Assembly (NCBI GenBank): GCA_965240325.2
Contig: OZ251224.1
Span: forward strand, 1,984,001-2,048,000
Direction of reading: 5' to 3'
Source of the DNA: Rebecca billardiae RCC1528
Lineage: Eukaryota; Protista; Haptophyta
Length of the DNA stretch: 64,000 nt
In this document: positions 57,307-64,000 of the stretch, one piece after another
Layout of the letters: each line of letters opens with the position of its first letter
Numbering within the stretch: position 1 is the stretch's first letter
Translations under genes and position numbers: made by a program
The notes under the pieces: generated by a model
Told to the model about the DNA's origin: nothing
Database searches by the model: none
The model's input: the letters and a program-made list of their open reading frames with translations, nothing else

Positions 57307-60300
57307 GGCGGCGGCGAGGGCGAGGGCGGCGGCGGCGGGCTCGGCGGCGGGTTCGGCGGCGGCGACGAGGGCGGGCTCGGCGGCGGCGGCGAGGGCGGCG
57401 GCGAGGGCGAGGGCGGCGGCGGCGGCGGCGAGGGCGGCGGCGAGGGCGAGGGCGGCGGCGGCGGGCTCGGCGGCACGTCCTGCTGCAGCGACCGCCGCGG
57501 CGCCTCGCCCTCCTCGCCGAACTCCTCGCCGAACAGGAGCCGGCGCGTCGGCCGCTCCGGCCGCAGCCGCAGCGGCCCGAGGCCGCTGCCGATAGCGCCG
57601 CCCGCCGCGCGCGCGGCCTCCGCGGCGTGCGCGTCGGCGTCGGCGGGGGCGTCGGCGGCGGCGCGCTGCTTGGCGAGCATGTGCCGCGTGATCGCCGCCG
57701 CCGTGTCCGACGCGGGCGTGTCCGCCGCCGCGCGCGAGAAGCGACCGAGCGCCCGCGCGATCGGGTGCTGCGCCGCGCTCGCGTGGCCGCGCACGCCGCC
57801 CGCGCGGAGCACGTGCCGCGCGAGCTCGAGCGCGTGGCCCTCGGCGGGGACGTGGCCGGCGGGCAGCGCGTCGGCGCGCGCCTCCTTCGCCGCCTCGGCC
57901 AGGTGCTCCTGCACGAAGCGCCGCCGCGCGTGCTCGTCGCCCAGCAGCGCGCGCAGCTCCTCCTCCTCGCCGTCCTCATCGTCGGCGAGCGCGCGGCGCT
58001 GCGCGGAGGGCGCCGCGCCGCCCGCCGCCGCCGCGGCAGCCGCCGTGGGCGCGAGGCCGCGCGCGGCGCGCGCGCGCAGCTCGTCGAGGCGGCGGTGGCC
58101 GGTGTGCCCGCCGTCGTCCTTCCCCTCCTCGCCCGGCGGGCGCGGCATCTCGCCGTCCGACTGGTACAGGTACTCTGCGTGCGCGCCGCGCCCCTCGAGC
58201 TGGCAGGTGAGCGTGCCGCCGTCGCCGCCGAGCACGCGGCAGCCGAGGGACTCGCCGTCGTCGGTCTCGTAGCTGATCGTGTGCATGTGCGGGTGCGTGG
58301 GGTGGAAGCCGAGCCCGCCGATCGTGAGGATCGTGCCGCCACCGCGCGAGCCCGTCGGCGGCGTCACCGACGTCACCTCGAATGCGCTCTCCAGCACGGC
58401 ACCGGCGCCCGACGTCGAGCCGCGACCCGTCGCCTGCCGCCACAGCGAGGGCGCGCCGCCCGACACGGCGGGCGGCGTCGGCGCGACGCGCGCCAGCCAG
58501 CACGTGAGCAGCTCGTCGGTGCGCGTGCGCACGGCGCAGTCCCGCTCGGCGACGCGCACGACCAGCGCGTCGCCCGCCGTGCCGTTGCTCCCGAAGCCCG
58601 CGCCGCGCAGCGTCAGCAGGGAGGACATGCCGGCAGAAACAAACGGCGGCGAGACCGAGTCGACCACGGGCAGCAGACCCGCCGTGTAGGTGAAGTGGGC
58701 GCGCACGGTGGCGGCGGCGGAGGGCGGCTGCGCGATGCTCACCTCCTCGGCCACGGTCGTGCCCTGCGGCGCCACGAACCCCCGCTGCGCCGGCGTCACG
58801 CACGCCATCACCGACGACGAGTTGAGCGCGGCCGGCGACGCGACGCGGAGCGCGCGCGATCCAAACTCGGCGCCGAGCGAGCCGAGCTCGGCGCACGGCT
58901 CGCCTTCGACGAGGATGGCGGCGCACGGGAGGCCGACGAGGCCGGCGCCGACGATGGTGAGCGGCGTGCCGCCCGCGGGCGAGCCCTCGCTCGGCTCGAT
59001 CGAGTCGATCGTCGGCAGCAGCTCGACGGTGGGCGCGAGCGTCGGGTCGGCGCCGCCGCGCGCGCCCGAGACGAGGTGGACCGCGTGTGCGCCCGCGCGC
59101 CCGTTGGCGAGCGTGCAGCTGATGCGGTGCTCGAGCACGACGTCGGGGACGGTGCCGTTGTACGTCGAGTTGGGCGCGCTGAGCGCCGCCCGCGCCGCCG
59201 CCGCCGCGCCCACCGCCGCCGCGTTGCCCTCGCGCATCTCGGGCGTGGTCGCGTCGACGAGCGCGCCGCAGCGCGCCGCAAAGTCGCCGAGATACACGCC
59301 GAGATCGTCGAGCTGCGCGGCGAGCTCGGTGGCGTTGCCCACGGCGTCGGCGTCGAGCGCGTTGCGCACGTGCAGCGTGAGCGTCTCGCCCACCTGCGCC
59401 GACGCCGGCGTCACCGAGAGCAGCTCCGGCGTGAGCGAAGGCTCGACGGTGTACGTGGGCGGCTGTGCAGCGCCCGAGCCCGCTCGCACGCCGAGCGTCG
59501 TGACGACGACCGGCGCGCCGTCGAGCGCGCCGCCCTCCGCGGTGCGCGTGTCGGGGAGCTCGAACCACTCGGCGGGCATGCGCTCGATGTGCAGCGCGTG
59601 CGCGTCGCCGTCCTCGATCTGCCGCACCACCAGCTCGAGCCCGTCGCCCTGCAGCGCGCTCGCGTCCACCGCCACCGCCACCTTGCCCACCGGCCTGAGC
59701 ACGCGCACGTACACGTCGAAGCGCTCCCAGGCGGACCAGTTGCCCCAGTGCCCGGCGTACGCCTGCAGCTTGACCGGGTCGCGCGGGTCCTCGGGCACGT
59801 ACGCCGAGTCCACGATCGCGTTGCACAGCTCGTCGCGCCGGCTGCTGCCCGAGCTGCTGAACGCGACCGCGCGCACGTCGATCGGCTCGGACCACGCCGC
59901 GCCGACGCCGAGTCTGAACGTGCCCTGGAGTGGCGCGGAGCCGAGCTGCACGCGCGAGACGGAGAGGCCCATGCCGAGCGAGTCGGCGACGGGCTGCGCC
60001 TGCGCGTCGGCGATCGCCATGCTCGACACGTGCGTCGAGCTGTGCAGCGGCAGCGCGCAGTCGAAGCGGACCGAGTACTCGCGCGCCGGCTCGGCCACCG
60101 TCTCGCTCTCTTCGACCGTGAGCGAGCGGCAGCCGAGCAGGTACTCGCCGAGCGGCGTGCGCGCGAGGCGGATGGCGTCGCGCACGGCGCGCTCGCGCCG
60201 CCAGCTCGCCGTCGAGCTCAGGTCGATCTCCACCGTCGACGACTCGCCCAGCCAGTTGCTCAGCGTCAGCGCGAACGCCGCCTGCTGCTCCGTGCTCTCG

Positions 60301-61970
60301 GCGCGCAGCCGGTATGTCTCCCGGAGGACGCCCGCGCGGCGGAGAGTGAGCGCGACGACCTCGGCGGCGGGGAAGGTGCGCGCGAGGTGCTCGACGCGCG
60401 CGGCGTCGAGCACGCCGTCCGAGCCGCGCAGCGCGCCGCCGACCATCCCCGAGATCGTCGTCGAGAGCCGCAGCCACTCGGGGCCGCCAAACATGGTGTG
60501 CACGTACTTGAACGCGTACCGCGCGCCGCCGACGAGCGACACCTCGCTCGAGACCTGGCGGTGCGGCCCGCGCGCGTCCGCGCCCTGCGTGTGCTCGTCG
60601 GTGGTCCAGTAGAACGCGGAGATGCTCATGTGCGCGTCGTCCACCTGCGTGTGCGGCCGCATCCGCGCGATCTGCTGCAGCGTGCTGAACGACTCGTTGG
60701 AGCCGAGGAAGATGCGCGCGTAGTCGTCGCCCGCGACGTAAAACTTGTAAGAGCCGCTCACCGGCGGGACGAAGATGGCGAAGGCCTCGCGCACCTTCTC
60801 GACGGGCTCGCTGTCCTTGTCCGTGGGGTGCGTGTCGTTCACGTAGTCCACGCGCGCGTTCATCACGCCCCCGTCGATCGGCGCGGGCTTGGCCGCCTTG
60901 CCCTCCTCCCAGTCGCCGTGCGCGCGCCGCGGGAAGTCCACAAACCGCATGCCGCGCAGCGCCGTGCCGTTCTGCGCGGGCTCCTCGGTGAGGGTGCACA
61001 CGAGCTCGGAGGTGCTCGCCTCGCGCACCGTGCACGCCCGCCCGCCCACGCTCACCACGTTCTCCGACGGCTCGTCCGAGAAGGACGCGCCCGTGATCGT
61101 GATCGCGTGGCCGCCAAACGCGCCGCCGCGCGCGGGCGAGACCGAATCGACGCGCGGGAAGATGTCGACGTGGTACACCTGGCCCGCCGCGAGGTCGAGC
61201 GTGCCGAAGAAGGACGTGCGGTAGTACGGCGCGTTGTCCGAGTCGCCCGGCTTGATGATCCCCACGTTGCCCAGCCCCTGGTCGCGGCCCGGGTGGTTGT
61301 AGCTGTCGACGAAGCACGGCACGTTGGTGCACTCGCCCTCGTCGGGCTTCGGGTACATGAGGCGGACGCTGACGTTGTACCGGCCGGGCAGGAGCACGTT
61401 GGACTCGGGCAGCGTGCACGGCACGATCCGGCCGGAGCTCCACCAGTACCGCGCCGGGTGCTCCTCCTGGTCCGTCGTGCAGAACACGTCGCCGATCCGG
61501 ATCTTCACCTGCTCGGCCGACTTGACGTAGCCGGTCACGTACCCGGCGAACTCGAGCAGGTCGCCGCCGGAGCCGCCCCAGTCGCGCGCCCAGTTGAAGT
61601 AGCCCGTGTGCGAGCTGTGGTAGTAGAAGGCGTTGGACTTGGACGCCCACGACGCGCCGCCGAGCCCGCCAAACGTCTGCACGGACACGGGCAGCCACGA
61701 GCTGCTCGACTCAAAGGGCGTGTGGTGCGCGCCGGTGACGCAGACGATGCGCGTCTCGTTGGTGTAGTGCGGCACAATCTCGCACGGCACGCTCCCGACG
61801 AAGACCACCTGCGAGTCCCACGGGTTCGCCTCGACGGGCATCATGAAGCCGGTGCCCTCGATCACGAGGTGCGTGCCGCCGAGCGTCGAGCCGTACCTGG
61901 GGAAGACGCGGGAGATCTGGAGCGCGCGCGCGCCGTGCACGAGGCTCGCGAGCGCGAAGAGGAGGCGCAT
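47875..61970 (-). CDS. Giant fibrocystin-L/PKHD1L1-like type I membrane protein (~4650 aa): signal peptide, many IPT/TIG repeats, PA14, two G8 domains each followed by a parallel beta-helix, C-terminal TM; exons 61970-49431 and 49284-47875
   Basis: MRLLFALASLVHGARA signal; repeated P..GS..GGT.LTI.G.GF TIG starts; FVPPVSGSYKFYVAGDD (PA14); W.DP.SW..PVDGDSVVVP and PGQGDNVRI G8 starts; GQAANLGRYNFHWH; TM VLYTVPAAGGVVLLVAVGVTGWLLY. Phase-0 intron 49430-49285. Confidence 0.9.
57160..57475 (-). repeat. Coding (SPPPP)n extensin/pherophorin-like repeat of ~100 residues inside the fibrocystin-like gene
   Basis: Tandem ggcggcggcgaggg units on the + strand. Confidence 0.9.
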
Positions 61971-62531
61971 GCGCTGCGGCGCGCCGCCGAGCCCGCGCGA
62001 GAGCCCGAGCATGCTCTGCCGAGAGCGACGATGAGTGACGATGCCGGGGTCGTTCGCGTCGCACGCGACGAGAGGATTCGTTTGCCCGGGAGAGCGCCAC
62101 AAAAGGGGCAGATGCGCCACACTGAATGAGCCTCAACTGTGTATGTCGCTGGGTAAACGCGGAATCTCGTTACATCATTGAGCTAGGAACGCGTTAAACC
62201 CGCAATGATGTGCAAGTGGGCCGCACGTTCCAACGATGATGATGTTGACGAAGGCAAGTTCCTTCATGATCGTTGCGATCAGGGTCGACCTGGTCGCGCG
62301 AGCCGTAGAGCCCGTCCGATTTTAGCCGTTGGGGGTACCACTTTTGATAGCCCCTTGTGCCGACGACGTCGCGTCGTCGCCGTGGCCGTGTGCGATGTGC
62401 AATGGCGGTCTCCTAGCTAAGGTGCGTCCGAATTGGCGAATTCGGACGCTCGTAATCGTTCGGAGGCTCGAGCTGCCGGCGCTGGCTCCAGGCTCCGGGG
62501 CCTGCGATCTACGGGACGCCGCGACGGCCTG

Positions 62532-64000
62532 TCAGCGATCCGAGCTCTCCACCTGTAGCTCCGCGCGCCTGAGGATGAGTGACCTGCGCGTGGCCGGGGC
62601 CGAGTCGGCGGTGTGCGCCTCCGCGGCACCGGTCGCGATGCCCGCGGCCGGGCCAGTGGCGGCGTCGCTGCTGTCGAGCTCGGCGGATGCAAGCGCCACC
62701 CTGCGCGCGCGCGCGCGGAACGACGCGAACGACGAGAGCAGCAGGTCCGAGACCGAGCTCACCAGCGCGGCAAACAGGCCGAGGCCGATCACGCAGAAGC
62801 CCACGCCAAACAGGACGGCGGACGGCACGTGCGAGCTCAGCGTGAGGTCGCCCAGCCCCACCGTGCTCAGCGAGATGGTGGCCGCGTAGAACTTGTCGAT
62901 CGCCGACCACGTGAGCCCGTCCTGCGTCGTGTACGGCGTGGCGGTGAGCGCGCCGAGCAGCCCGAGGTTGAGCGCGAGGATCACGGCCGTCTTGTGCCGC
63001 AGCAGCGCGAACGTGCGCACGTCCACGTGCGCGGCGCTGAGCGCGCGCTCGAGCTCCGGCAGCGTCACCAGCCCCGAGAGGTCGCGGTCGGCCGCGCTGA
63101 CCAGCGCCTCGAACTGCGACACGTCCACGCGCAGCACGCGCGCCTCGTGCAGGTCGGTGAGCAACGCGAGCACCTCGGCGTGCTCGAGCGCGCCCGAGCC
63201 GTTCGAGTCGTACGCGCGGAAGATTCGCTCGAGCGCGCGCGGCTTGCCGACGATGGCGCGCGACAGCGCCCAGATGACGGTGGACTCGATCACCTTGGCG
63301 ACGCGCGCGAGGCAGTACACCGCGACGCCGATCGTGCAGATCGCGAAGATCGCGGTGAAGAGCCGCCCCGCCTGCGTCTCGGGCGACGACGTGCCGTACC
63401 CCACGGTGGTCATCACCGTGAGCGTGAAGAAGAAGGGCGTGTACGAGAACGGCGCCCAGTCGTCCGCACGGCACTCCGCGCCGACGAGGTGCGTGCCGAG
63501 CGCCCCGCGGAGCTCGGCGGAGGCGTCCGCGCGTGAGAGGATGGCGTCGACTTGCGCGCTGAGCGTGCCTAGCTCCACGTTACGCGCCTCGCAAGCGCGC
63601 GCGCGCTCCAGCTCCGCCGCGGACTCGCACGCCACCAGCACCTCCGCGCCGAGCAGAGACAGAAAGATGATCACGGCGATGCTGTGGTACACGTCGAGCA
63701 AGCCGGAGAGGAGGCGGTGCGCGGTGGAGCCCACGTAAGAGCGCGTGCGCGCGGCGAAGAGGACGAGCGGTATCACCGTCGTTATGCCCAGCGCGACGAG
63801 CGTGAGGTGCACGTTGAGCGTCCGCCGCGCGCGCAGCGCGAGCGCGAGCCGTGCGAGGAGGTACGCGGCCATCGTGCCGTTCAGCAGCAGCGAGAAGCCG
63901 AGCGTGGCGCCGTGACACGCCTCGCGGCGACGCACGGGCTTCGCGTACAGCGCGCTCCACGTCTGCACGTGCGACGACGGCTGCGCGTTGAATGGGACGC
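62532..64000 (-). CDS. Two-pore-domain K+ channel with two EF-hands between the pore domains and extra N-terminal TM helices; 5' end probably lies outside the window
   Basis: P1 FFFTLTVMTTVGYG, P2 FYAATISLSTVGLGD; EF loops DSNGSGALEHAE and DRDLSGLVTLPE; frame is open to the window edge. Confidence 0.9.
   Translation of the reverse strand, partial: VPFNAQPSSHVQTWSALYAKPVRRREACHGATLGFSLLLNGTMAAYLLARLALALRARRTLNVHLTLVALGITTVIPLVLFAARTRSYVGSTAHRLLSGLLDVYHSIAVIIFLSLLGAEVLVACESAAELERARACEARNVELGTLSAQVDAILSRADASAELRGALGTHLVGAECRADDWAPFSYTPFFFTLTVMTTVGYGTSSPETQAGRLFTAIFAICTIGVAVYCLARVAKVIESTVIWALSRAIVGKPRALERIFRAYDSNGSGALEHAEVLALLTDLHEARVLRVDVSQFEALVSAADRDLSGLVTLPELERALSAAHVDVRTFALLRHKTAVILALNLGLLGALTATPYTTQDGLTWSAIDKFYAATISLSTVGLGDLTLSSHVPSAVLFGVGFCVIGLGLFAALVSSVSDLLLSSFASFRARARRVALASAELDSSDAATGPAAGIATGAAEAHTADSAPATRRSLILRRAELQVESSDR

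Noticed and set aside
50322-62129. 3935-aa ORF on the + strand
   Set aside because: Antisense shadow of the fibrocystin-like gene. Extreme GC3 removes stops; the translation is Arg/Ala/Val/His-rich with no domains.

Overview
Gene-dense, very GC/CpG-rich EUKARYOTIC genomic DNA, not prokaryotic. Eleven short (108-215 bp) GT-AG spliceosomal introns can be placed from frame and homology logic. The style ((GC)n-rich introns, GCGCAG acceptors, poly-Ala/Gly/Pro tracts) suggests a haptophyte-like alga, but the taxon is an inference. About 23 intact protein-coding genes are supported: OGG1, an SLC10/BASS symporter, an SLC17-type MFS transporter, pterin-carbinolamine dehydratase, RPS9, a small membrane protein, HDAC8-like, an NPF/DPF + RPGRIP1-C-like protein, a PES-type hydrolase, DMXL/Rav1, an SDR, a GAS2-type CH-domain membrane protein, a TPR-Aha1 co-chaperone, an NPSN-type SNARE, HUS1, an alpha/beta hydrolase, an Hpt phosphorelay protein, a PfkB kinase, a kinesin, an HXXXD acyltransferase, a patatin, a ~4650-aa fibrocystin-L-like surface protein and a 5'-truncated two-pore K+ channel with EF-hands. 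There is also a possible Ulp1-like relic, a ~460-bp inverted-repeat element and several microsatellites. I found no tRNA, rRNA or CRISPR array and cannot support a multi-gene novel system. The most notable observations are nine consecutive head-to-head gene pairs, unusual domain architectures (EF-hand K2P/TOK-like channel, membrane-anchored GAS2-CH protein, TPR+Aha1 fusion, RRL-punctuated giant fibrocystin-like protein) and an OGG1 with Phe at the Gln315-equivalent oxoG-recognition position. All family assignments are from motif recognition by eye; no searches were run.
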